In this document: positions 52,301 through 62,163 of the stretch, piece by piece | How positions within the stretch are numbered: the stretch's first letter is position 1 | How the letters are laid out: each line of letters begins with the position of its first letter | Assembly: GCA_964016885.1 (NCBI GenBank) | Contig: OZ024743.1 | Coordinates: 375,100,001-375,164,000, forward strand | Source of the DNA: Eledone cirrhosa | Taxonomy: Eukaryota | Reading direction: 5' to 3' | DNA: 64,000 nt | Notes under the pieces: model-generated | Told to the model about the DNA's origin: nothing | Seen by the model: only the letters and a program-made list of their open reading frames with translations | The model's database searches: none | Translations under genes and position numbers: made by a program

Positions 52301-55300
52301 TGTTGGTATGGTAGTGGTGTTGGTAGTGGTAGTGGTGTTGGTAGTGGTAGTGGTGGTTGTAGTGGTAGTGGTGTTGGTAGTGGTAGTGGTGTTGGTAGTG
52401 GTAGTGGTGTTGGTAGTGGTAGTGGTGTTGGTAGTGGTAGTGGTGTTTGTAGTGGTAGTGGTGTTGGTAGTGGTAGGGGTGTTTGTAGTGGTAGTGGTGT
52501 TGGTAGTGGTAGTGGTGTTGGTAGTGGTAGTGGTGTTGGTAATGGTAGTGGTGTTGGTAGTGGTAGTGGTGTTGGTAGTGGTAGTGGTGTTGGTAGTGGT
52601 AGTGGTGTTGGTAGTGGTAGTGGTGTTGGTAGTGGTAGTGGTGTTGGTAGTGGTAGTGGTGTTGGTAGTGGTAGTGGTGTTGGTAGTGGTAGTGGTGTTG
52701 GTAGTGGTAGTGGTGTTGGTAATGGTAGTGGTGTTGGTAGTGGTAGTGGTGTTGGTAGTGGTAGTGGTGTTGGTAATGGTAGTGGTGTTGGTAGTGGTAG
52801 TGGTGTTGGTAATGGTAGTGGTGTTGGTAGTGGTAGGGGTGTTTGTAATGGTAGTGGTGTTGGTAGTGGTAGTGGTGTTGGTAGTGGTAGTGGTGTTGGT
52901 AGTGGTAGTGGTGTTGGTAGTGGTAGTGGTGTTGGTAGTGGTAGTGGTGTTTGTATGGTAGTGGTGTTTGTAATGGTAGTGGTGTTGGTAGTGGTAGTGG
53001 TGTTGGTAGTGGTAGTGGTGTTTGTAATGGTAGTGGTGTTGGTAGTGGTAGGGGTGTTTGTAGTGGTAGTGGTGTTGGTAGTGAAGTGGTGTTGGTAGTG
53101 GTAGTGGTGTTGGTAATGGTAGTGGTGTTGGTAGTGGTAGTGGTGTTGGTAGTGGTAGTGGTGTTGGTAGTGGTAGTGGTGTTGGTAGTGGTAGTGGTGT
53201 TGGTAGTGGAAGTGGTGTTGGTAGTGGTAGTGGTGTTGGTAGTGGTAGTGGTGTTGGTAGTGGTAGTGGTGTTGGTAGTGGTAGTGGTGTTTGTAATGGT
53301 AGTGGTGTTGGTAGTGGTAGTGGTGTTGGTAGTGGTAGTGGTGTTTGTAGTGGTAGTGGTGTTGTTAGTGGTAGTGGTGTTGTTAGTGGTAGTGGTGTTT
53401 GTAGTGGTAGTGGTGTTTGTAATGGTAGTGGTGTTTGTAATGGTAGTGGTGTTGGTAGTGGTAGTGGTGTTGGTAGTGGTGTGGTGTGTGGTAGTGGTAG
53501 TGGTGTTGGTAGTGGTAGTGGTGTTTGTAATGGTAGTGGTGTTGGTAGTGGTAGGGGTGTTTGTAGTGGTAGTGGTGTTGGTAGTGGAAGTGGTGTTGGT
53601 AGTGGTAGTGGTGTTGGTAATGGTAGTGGTGTTGGTAGTGGTAGTGGTGTTGGTAGTGGTAGTGGTGTTGGGTAGTGGTAGTGGTGTTGGTAGTGGTAGT
53701 GGTGTTGGTAATGGTAGTGGTGTTGGTAGTGGTAGTGGTGTTGGTAGTGGTAGTGGTGTTGGTAGTGGTAGTGGTGTTGGTAGTGGTAGTGGTGTTGGTA
53801 GTGGTAGTGGTGTTGGTATGGTAGTGGTGTTGGTAGTGGTAGTGGTGTTGGTAGTGGTAGTGGTGTTGGTAATGGTAGTGGTGTTGGTAGTGGTAGTGGT
53901 GTTTGGTAATGGTAGTGGTGTTGGTAGTGGTAGGGGTGTTTGTAATGGTAGTGGTGTTGGTAGTGGTAGTGGTGTTGGTAGTGGTAGTGGTGATGGTAGT
54001 GGTAGTGGTGTTGGTAGTGGTAGTGGTGTTGGTAGTGGTAGTGGTGTTTGTAATGGTAGTGGTGTTTGTAATGGTAGTGGTGTTGGTAGTGGTGTTGGTA
54101 GTGGTAGTGGTGTTTGTAATGGTAGTGGTGTTGGTAGTGGTAGGGGTGTTTGTAGTGGTAGTGGTGTTGGTAGTGGAAGTGGTGTTGGTAGTGGTAGTGG
54201 TGTTGGTAATGGTAGTGGTGTTGGTAGTGGTAGTGGTGTTGGTAGTGGTAGTGGTGTTGGTAGTGGTAGTGGTGTTGGTAGTGGTAGTGGTGTTGGTAAT
54301 GGTAGTGGTGTTGGTAGTGGTAGTGGTGTTGGTAGTGGTAGTGGTGTTGGTAGTGGTAGTGGTGTTGGTAGTGGTAGTGGTGTTGGTAGTGGTAGTGGTG
54401 TTGGTAGTGGTAGTGGTGTTGGTAGTGGTAGTGGTGTTGGTAATGGTAGTGGTGTTGGTAGTGGTAGTGGTGTTTGGTAATGGTAGTGGTGTTGGTAGTG
54501 GTAGTGGTGTTGTAATGATAGTGGTGTTGGTAGTGGTAGTGGTGTTTGTAATGGTAGTGGTGTTGGTAGTGGTAGTGGTGTTGGTAGTGGTAGTGGTGTT
54601 GGTAGTGGTATTGGTGTTGGTAGTGGTATTGGTGTTGGTAGTGGTAGTGGTGTTGGTAGTGGTAGTGGTGTTGGTAATGGTAGTGGTGTTGGTAGTGGTA
54701 GTGGTGTTTGGTAGTGGTAGTGGTGTTGGTAGTGGTAGTGGGTTGGTAATGGTAGTGGTGTTGGTAATGGGTAGTGGTGTTGGTAGTGGTAGTGGTGTTG
54801 GTAGTGGTAGTGGTGTTGGTAGTGGTAGTGGTGGTGGTAGTGGTAGTGGTGTTGGTAATGGTAGTGGTGTTGGTAATGGTAATGGTAGTGGTTGTTGGTA
54901 GTGGTAGTGGTGTTGGTAGTGGTGTTTGTAATGGTAGTGGTGTTGGTAGTGGTAGTGGTGTTGGTAATGGTAGTGGTGTTGGTAGTGGTAGTGGTGTTGG
55001 TAATGGTAGTGGTGTTGGTAGTGGTGTTGGTAATGGTAGTGGTGTTTGTAGTGGTAGTGGTGTTGGTAGTGGTAGTGGTGGTGGTAGTGGTATTGGTGTT
55101 GGTAGTGGTAGTGGTGTTGGTAGTGGTAGTGGTGTTGGTAGTGGTAGTGGTGTTGGTAATGGTAGTGGTGTTGGTAATGGTAGTGGTGTGGTAGTGGTAG
55201 TGGTGTTGGTAGTGGTAGTGGTGTTTGTAATGGTAGTGGTGTTGGTAGTGGTAGTGGTGTTGGTAGTGGTAGTGGTGTTCGTAGTGGTAGTGGTGTTGGT

Positions 55301-56570
55301 AGTGGTAGTGGTGTTGGTAATGGTAGTGGTGTTGGTAGTGGTAGTGGTGTTGGTAGTGGTAGTGGTGTTGGTAGTGGAAGTGGTGTTGGTAGTGGTAGTG
55401 GTGTTTGTAGTGGTAGTGGTGTTGGGTAATGGTAGTGGTGTTGGTAGCGGTAGTGGTGTTGGTAATGGTAGTGGTGTTGGTAGTGGTAGTGGTGTTGGTA
55501 GTGGTAGTGGTGTTGGTAGTGGTAGTGGTGTTGGTAGTGGTAGTGGTGTTGGTAGTGGTAGTGGTGTTTGTAATGATAGTGGTGTTGGTAGTGGTAGTGG
55601 TGTTGGTAGTGGTAGTGGTGTTGGTAGTGGTAGTGGTGTTGGTAGTGGTAGTGGTGTTGGTAGTGGTATTGGTGTTGGTAGTGGTAGTGGTGTTTGTAGT
55701 GGTAGTGGTGTTTGTAGTGGTAGTGGTGTTGGTAGTGGTAGTGGTGTTGGTAGTGGTAGTGGTGTTTGTAGTGGTAGTGGTGTTGGTAGTGGTAGTGGTG
55801 TTGGTAGTCGTAGTGGTAGTGGTGTTGGTAGTGGTAGTGGTGTTTGTAATGGTAGTGGTGTTGGTAGTGGTAGTGGTGTTGGTAGTGGTAGTGGTGTTGG
55901 TAATGATAGTGGTGTTTGTAGTGGTAGTGGTGTTGGTAGTGGTAGTGGTGTTGGTAGTGGTAGTGGTGTTGGTAGTGGTAGTGGTGTTTGTAGTGGTAGT
56001 GGTGTTTGTAGTGGTAGTGGTGTTGGTAGTGGTAGTGGTGTTGGTAATGATAGTGGTGTTTGTAGTGGTAGTGGTGTTGGTAGTGGCAGTGGTGTTGGTA
56101 GTGGTAGTGGTGTTGGTAGTGGTAGTGGTGTTTGTAATGGTAGTGGTGTTGGTAGTGGTAGTGGTGTTGGTAGTGGTAGTGGTGTTGGTAATGATAGTGG
56201 TGTTTGTAGTGGTAGTGGTGTTGGTAGTGGCAGTGGTGTTGGTAGTGGTAGTGGTGTTTGTAATCATATTGGTGTTGGTAGTGGTAGTGGTGTTGGTAGT
56301 GGTAGTGGTGTTTGTAGTGGTAGTGGTGTTGGTAGTGGTGTTGGTAGTGGTAGTGGTGTTGGTAGTGGTAGTGGTGTTGGTAGTGGTAGTGGTGTTTGTA
56401 ATGATAGTGGTGTTGGTAGTGGTAGTGGTGTTGGTAGTGGTAGTGGTGTTGGTAGTGGTAGTGGTGTTGGTAGTGGTAGTGGTGTTGGTAGTGGTAGTGG
56501 TGTTGGTAGTGGTAGCGGTGTTGGTAATGGTAGTGGTGTTAGTAGTGGTAGTGGTGTTGGTAGTGGTTGT
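31332..56570 (+). repeat. 18-bp minisatellite (GGTAGTGGTAGTGGTGTT)n, interrupted by an assembly gap and a (GGT)n block at about 48880-49560
   Basis: Directly visible period of 18, with 12- and 24-bp variants from loss or gain of a GGTAGT hexamer. Confidence 0.98.
41360..41559. other. Scaffold gap (200 N)
   Basis: Run of exactly 200 N. The round number indicates a placeholder of unknown true size. Confidence 0.99.
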
Positions 56571-58500
56571 GGTAGTGGTGGTTGTGGTGGTGGTGGTGGT
56601 AGTGGTGGTGGTGGTGGTTGTGGTGGTGGTGGGGTGGTTGTGGTAGTGGTGGTGGTGATGGTGGAGGTAGTGGTTTTGGTGGTGGTGGTGGTGGTGGTGG
56701 TGGTTGTGGTGGTGGTGGTGGTGGTGGTGGTTGTGGTGGTGGTGGTGGTGGTGGTGGTGGTGGTGGTGGTGGTGGTGGTGGTGGTTGTGGTGGTGGTGGT
56801 GGTGGTGGTGGTGGTGGTGGTGGTCGTCGTGGTGGTGGTGGTCGTGGTGGTGGTGGTGGTGGTGGTGATGGTGGAGGTAGTGGTTTTGGTGGTGGTGGTG
56901 GTGGTGGTGATGGTGGTGGTGGTGATGGTGGAGGTAGTGGTGGTGGTGGTGGTGGTGGTGATGGTGATGGTGGTGGTGATGGTGGAGGTAGTGGTTTTTG
57001 GTGGTGGTGGTGGTGATGGTGGTGGTGGTGGTGGTGGTGGTGGTGGTGGTGGTGGTGGTGGTTGTGGTGGTGGTGGTTGTGGTGGTTGTGGTTTTGGTGG
57101 TGGTGGTGGTGGTGGTGGTGGTGGTGGTGGTGATGGTGGAAGTAGTGGTTTTGGTGGTGGTGGTGGTGGTGGTGGTGGTGGTGGTGGTGGATGGTGGTGG
57201 TGGTGGTGGTGGTGGTGATAGTGGTGGTGGTGGTGGAAGTAGTGGTTTTGGTGGTGGTGGTGGTGGTGGTGGTGGTGATGGTGGTGGTGGTGATGGTGGT
57301 GGTGGTGGTGGTGGTGGTGGTGGTGATGGTGGTGGTGGTGATGGTGGAGGTAATGGTGGTGGTAGTGGTGGTGGTGGTGGTGGTGATGGTGGTGGTTGTG
57401 GTGTTGGTGGTGGTGGTGGTGGTGGTGGTGGTGGTGGTGGTGGTGGTGGTGGTGGTGGTGGTGGTGGTGGTGGTGGTGGTGGTGGTGGTGGTGGTGGTGG
57501 TGGTGGTGGTGGTGGTGGTGGTGGTGATGGTGGGGTGGTGGTGGTGGTGGTGGTGGTGGTGGTGGTGGTGGTGGTGGTGGTGGTGGTGGTGGTGGTTGTG
57601 GTGGTAGTGGTGGTGGTGGTGATGGTGGTGGTGTGGTGGTGGTGGTGGTGGTGTTGTGATGGTGGTGGGGTGGTGGTGGTGGTGGTGGTGGTAGTGATGG
57701 TGGTGGTGGTGGTGGTGGAAGTAGTGGTTTTGGTGGTGGTGGTGGTGGTGGTGGTTGTGGTGGTGGTGGTGGTGGTGGTGGTGGTGGTGGTGATGGTGGT
57801 GGGGTGGTGGTGGTGGTGGTGGTGGTGGGTGGAAGTAGTGGTTTTGGTGGTGGTGGTGTTGGTGGTGGTGGTGGTGGTGGTGGTGGTGGTTGTGGTGGTG
57901 GTGGTGGTGGTGGTGGTGATGGTGGTGGGGTGGTGGCGGTGGTGGCGGTAGTGATAATGGTGGTGGTGGTGACAGCGGCGGTTGTGGTGGTGGTGGGGTG
58001 GTGGTGGTGGTGGTGGTGGTGGTAGTGATAATGGTGGTGGTGGTGACAGCGGCGGTTGTGGTGGTGGTGGGGTGGTGGTGGTGGCGGTGGTGATGGTGGT
58101 GGGGTGGTGGTGGTGGTGGTGGTGGTAGTGATGGTGGTGGTGGTGGTGACAGCGGCGGTTGTGGTGGTGGTGGTGGTGACAGCGGCGGTTGTGGTGGTGG
58201 TGGTGGTGGTGGAGGTGGTGGAGATGTCTGTGGAAGTGGTGACAATGGTGACGGTAGCAAAGGTGATTGTAGTAGAAATGATGTTGACAAGATGTGGGTA
58301 GCGGTGGGAGGTGATGTCGCGATGGTCCCGATGACGCGGTGATGATGAGGAGGAGGAGGAGGATGAGAAGGGGGAGGAGGGGAGTCATGACGACGATGAT
58401 GATGATGATGATGATGATGACAACGATAAATGATGATGATCATGATGGTGATGATGACGACGACGCCGATGATGAGGAGGCGGAGGAGGGGCGATGAAGA
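56571..58500 (+). repeat. (GGT)n microsatellite grading into (GAG)n/(GAT)n
   Basis: Long GGT runs (pure at about 57406-57525), then GAG and GAT runs at 58340-58500. Confidence 0.93.
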
Positions 58501-58648
58501 GGAGGGATGTAGTGTTGTTACTCCGATATTTCTGGTGGGAATTGAAACCATGACGATCAACTATAGATACTCGACTGTATGAATGAGCACACTGAAATGT
58601 CTATATAGATATATATATATATATATATACAGTCCAGTATTTATATAT

Positions 58649-58699
58649 TACTTTCGCAATCTTCAGGTTAATAATATGAACCTGAAGATTGCGAAAGTA
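58649..58699. repeat. Perfect 21-bp inverted repeat with a 9-nt spacer
   Basis: TACTTTCGCAATCTTCAGGTT (58649-58669) and AACCTGAAGATTGCGAAAGTA (58679-58699). Confidence 0.95.
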
Positions 58700-58719
58700 T
58701 GAAAGTACTTGTTCAATTA
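58672..58719 (+). ncRNA. Minimal type I hammerhead ribozyme motif (family H1)
   Basis: Stem I TGAAC/GTTCA (extendable TAAT/ATTA past a one-base bulge), core CTGAAGA, stem II t-TGC-GAAA-GTA-t, core GAAA, palindromic GTAC, then TT. Predicted cleavage after 58710 (CUU). Confidence 0.75.
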
Positions 58720-58867
58720 ACACTTAGAATTTAATATTCTATCATACTATTTCATTATAATACCATTATAAATTTTAAAGGATTGTAAATAAAACGAGTA
58801 AATCAAAGTTGGAATTCCTCTTATTAATATAATCTTCTATACACAATCATACACACCCGTGTATATT

Positions 58868-59054
<187 letters not shown>

Positions 59055-59303
59055 TGTAAGTATGCATGTATACTACGTACATACATATATGTATACAGAC
59101 GTACAGTAGCATGCACATATATATATATATATATATATACATATATATATACATATGCATACAGGTACACATACATATATGCACGTATCAGTTTAGCGGC
59201 GCTAACGTCGCTTTGTTCGTTTGTAAACAAACTGAACAGCCTGAATTTATGCCATACGGTGTTAAGGCAACCACGTCACCTTTTTGTTCAACACTGACAA
59301 AGG

Positions 59304-59348
59304 AACGATGTACTAGTTTCAAGCTTGTTAGCTATCATCAGCACCGTT
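59304..59348 (-). ncRNA. Minimal type I hammerhead ribozyme motif (H2 copy A)
   Basis: Minus strand reads AACGGTG CTGATGA t AGCT AACA AGCT t GAAA CTAG TA CATCGTT: 7-bp stem I, intact core, 4-bp stem II, palindromic stem III, GUA cleavage triplet. Confidence 0.85.
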
Positions 59349-59769
59349 TACCCATCTGCCAGATAGTTGAACGTTCGAAAGTATAAACTTTCCTTATGAA
59401 AATTAACGGCTGAGCAGCCTAATTTGCATATTGAGTGAGTTAAATCGGTCAGGCATACCGAAAACGATAAATTGAAACAAAATGAAAACGAAATTTCATT
59501 TCTCACTCTTAGTATGGCACTTACTTAAATGTAAGTATGCATGTATACGTACATACATATATGTATACAGACGTACAGTATCATGCACATATATATATAT
59601 ATATACATATATATATACATATGCATACAGGTACACATACATATATGCACGTATCAGTTTAGCGGCGCTAACGTCGCTTTGTTCGTTTGTAAACAAACTG
59701 AACAGCCTGAATTTATGCCATACGGTGTTAAGGCAACCACGTCACCTTTTTGTTCAACACTGACACAGG

Positions 59770-59814
59770 AACGATGTACTAGTTTCAAGCTTGTTAGCTA
59801 TCATCAGCACCGTT
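59770..59814 (-). ncRNA. Minimal type I hammerhead ribozyme motif (H2 copy B)
   Basis: Identical 45-nt motif to copy A. Confidence 0.85.
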
Positions 59815-59840
59815 TACCCATCTGCCAGATAGTTGACATT

Positions 59841-60072
59841 TACTTTCGAACGTTCAACTATCTGGCAGATGGGTAAACGGTGCTGATGATAGCTAACAAG
59901 CTTGAAACTAGTACATCGTTCCTGTGTCAGTGTTGAACAAAAAGGTGACGTGGTTGCCTTAACACCGTATGGCATAAATTCAGGCTGTTCAGTTTGTTTA
60001 CAAACGAACAAAGCGACGTTAGCGCCGCTAAACTGATACGTGCATATATGTATGTGTACCTGTATGCATATG

Positions 60073-60103
<31 letters not shown>

Positions 60104-60222
60104 GTGCATGCTACTGTACGTCTGTATACATATATGTATGTACGTATACATGCATACTTACATTTAAGTAAGTGCCATACTAAGAGTGAGAAATGAAATT
60201 TCGTTTTCATTTTGTTTCAATT

Positions 60223-60225
<3 letters not shown>
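59841..60225 (+). mobile_element. H2 copy C, inverted relative to copy B (about 370-bp-arm palindrome 59467-60225)
   Basis: 59854-60225 is the reverse complement of 59467-59836 apart from one substitution and TA-run length. The spacer is 17 nt and the copy ends in (TA)n. Confidence 0.85.
59876..59920 (+). ncRNA. Minimal type I hammerhead ribozyme motif (H2 copy C)
   Basis: AACGGTGCTGATGATAGCTAACAAGCTTGAAACTAGTACATCGTT on the + strand. Predicted cleavage after 59913. Confidence 0.85.
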
Positions 60226-60255
<30 letters not shown>

Positions 60256-60322
60256 GTATATATATATGTATATATATGTGTATATATATGTGTATATATA
60301 TGTGTATATATATATATATATA

Positions 60323-60362
<40 letters not shown>

Positions 60363-60400
60363 TATACATATATATATATACACATATATATACATATATA
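60226..60400. repeat. Degenerate (TA)n microsatellite
   Basis: TA runs with scattered G/C. Confidence 0.95.
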
Positions 60401-60592
60401 TTGAAGACTAAAATCCAAAGAGTGGGTGAAAGCAGCGATTCTTTGCTTAAACTTTAATCTGTTATTTTAATAAATAAATATATATATATATATGGCCTTT
60501 ATAACTTATGTTTATTGCTTTGGACTTTTTTAGCCCATAGAATTTGCGTTACGTTTCGCTTTTTCTACCCGCCGAAATGCGATTCTCGCTGA

Positions 60593-60650
<58 letters not shown>

Positions 60651-60653
<3 letters not shown>

Positions 60654-61049
60654 GGAAAAATGAAACGAAATTTCATTTCACACTCTTAGTATGGCTGTTA
60701 CTTAAATATAAGTATGTATACGTACATACATATATGTATACAGACGTACAGTAGTATGTATATATATATACATACATATATATATGTACGTATGGATTCA
60801 CCGAACATTTATTATAATGCTCGGTGTGTTTGTAAACAAACATACCGTATTTAGCCGTAGTGTCCAGCAACCATCGTTGCTCGTTTGTTCAACACTGACA
60901 AAGGAACGCTGTACTAGTTTCAAGCTTATTAGCTATCGTCAGTAACGTATACCTTCCTGCCAGATTGTTGAACGTATATACTTACCTTATGCACATTAAC
61001 GGCTGAGTAGCCCAATTTGCATATCGGTGGGTTAATCGGCCGGGTGCAT
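60651..61049 (-). mobile_element. H2 copy D, diverged subfamily member
   Basis: Colinear similarity to A/B (GAAACGAAATTTCATTTC-CACTCTTAGTATGGC, TGTTCAACACTGACAAAGGAACG, ATTAACGGCTGAG-AGCC-AATTTGCATAT). The 3' end abuts (TA)n at 60592-60650. Confidence 0.8.
60905..60949 (-). ncRNA. Minimal type I hammerhead motif (H2 copy D; closing pair of stem I mismatched)
   Basis: Minus strand reads TACGTTA CTGACGA t AGCT AATA AGCT t GAAA CTAG TA CAGCGTT. Confidence 0.7.
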
Positions 61050-61195
61050 AAATATATAATTCAAAAGAACATCTATTTTATTAATATTTATATTTTAATA
61101 TTAATAACTCCGGAAAATTATTTTTTGTAGGGTGCTTCCAATCTACTGTAAAACTCATTCTTTGACATACTCATTGAATATTGTTAAACACTTTA

Positions 61196-61236
<41 letters not shown>

Positions 61237-61467
61237 TTAGACACACACAGATACATGCGGACACACACATATACATGAATGCATCCGCACCCAACCGTGA
61301 GTTAAGGGTGCCAACTTCACCGATGTTGCTCAATGAATGACTGGGACAGACCAATCCGGTTGAACCAGACTGAACCAGTATCAGAGTTAAAAATACATTA
61401 TGAAGAGAGAAGAAACATTTAGATATAATTAGTCATAAAATGTATCATACCTAAACTGCTCCTAGAT

Positions 61468-61557
61468 TCCTCGACTACGTAGTTTCGTGGCATAAACAAA
61501 AACAATACATCATAAAGATATAGAGTCCTTGCGAGGTCTGCCGACTTATCAAGAGGA
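61468..61557 (-). ncRNA. Type I hammerhead motif, U3-A8 core variant (H3 left arm)
   Basis: Reverse complement of the 62005-62094 motif. Confidence 0.68.
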
Positions 61558-62004
61558 TACCTCATTTTACTAGTCTCAAGAACGCGTCTACACGACGTGA
61601 GAAAGAATCCCAAAAGGCGGAGGGGGAGATAGTCACGCGATATAACGGTCGAGAAACAGAGTTAAGCCTCCTATAACCCCGAAGAAAATACCACGGAGGC
61701 GGAGGGGGTATTTATATCGAAGCCGTTTCTAAATATATTGTTAATAACTCCCTCTGGTCGAGCAATCTTTGAAGTGTGAGGACTGCTGGAAAGCTTCCAT
61801 TACTCATACTTCTCGTCTCCTTCACCACCTCTTCTACGGTTTCGATATAAATACCCCCTCCGCCTCCGTGGTATTTTCTTCGGGGTTATAGGAGGCTTAG
61901 CTCTGTTTCTCGACCGTTATATCGCGTGACTATCTCCCCCTCCGCCTTTTGGGATTCTTTCTCACGTCGTGTAGACGCGTTCTTGAGACTAGTAAAATGA
62001 GGTA

Positions 62005-62094
62005 TCCTCTTGATAAGTCGGCAGACCTCGCAAGGACTCTATATCTTTATGATGTATTGTTTTTGTTTATGCCACGAAACTACGTAGTCGAGGA
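62005..62094 (+). ncRNA. Type I hammerhead motif, U3-A8 core variant with a long stem-loop II (H3 right arm)
   Basis: Stem I TCCTC/GAGGA, core TTGATAA, stem II GT(c)GGCA...TGCCAC, GAAA, palindromic CTACGTAG, then TC. GUC cleavage predicted after 62089. Confidence 0.68.
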
Positions 62095-62163
62095 ATCTAG
62101 GAGCAGTTTAGGTATGATACATTTTATTACTAATTATATCTAAATGTTTCTTCTCTCTTCATA

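Larger units (their letters stand above)
59055..59836 (-). mobile_element. Hammerhead-bearing repeat family H2: two partial copies (A 59055-59466, B 59467-59836) in direct tandem, period 466 bp; Penelope-like pLTR or retrozyme
   Basis: Near-identical sequence at +466 around the ribozyme. Non-coding, contains an internal TA-rich tract, and the 3' end of copy A runs into (TA)n. Confidence 0.78.

Noticed and set aside
31120-58388. Silk-like (GSGSGV)n, poly-Val, mucin-like (TTTTN)n and (PTPLPL)n ORFs
   Set aside because: Translations of an 18-bp simple repeat that is open in several frames on both strands, with no synonymous-site variation pattern.
58530-58600. B-box-like GGTTTCAATTCCC on the minus strand (tRNA-derived SINE head)
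   Set aside because: Degenerate match with no convincing A box or cloverleaf.
58649-58699. Rho-independent terminator or pre-miRNA interpretation of the hairpin
   Set aside because: Eukaryotic context with no U-tract. Better explained as an inversion of the hammerhead-bearing fragment.
61678-61726. CCGAAGA-AAATACC...GGTATTT-ATATC-GAA(A/G)CCG as an additional hammerhead
   Set aside because: U4 is not conserved, extra bases precede GAAA, and there is no stem I partner.
61419-62143. Twin 64-aa ORFs on opposite strands
   Set aside because: A consequence of the inverted repeat. Non-ATG start and no recognisable domain.
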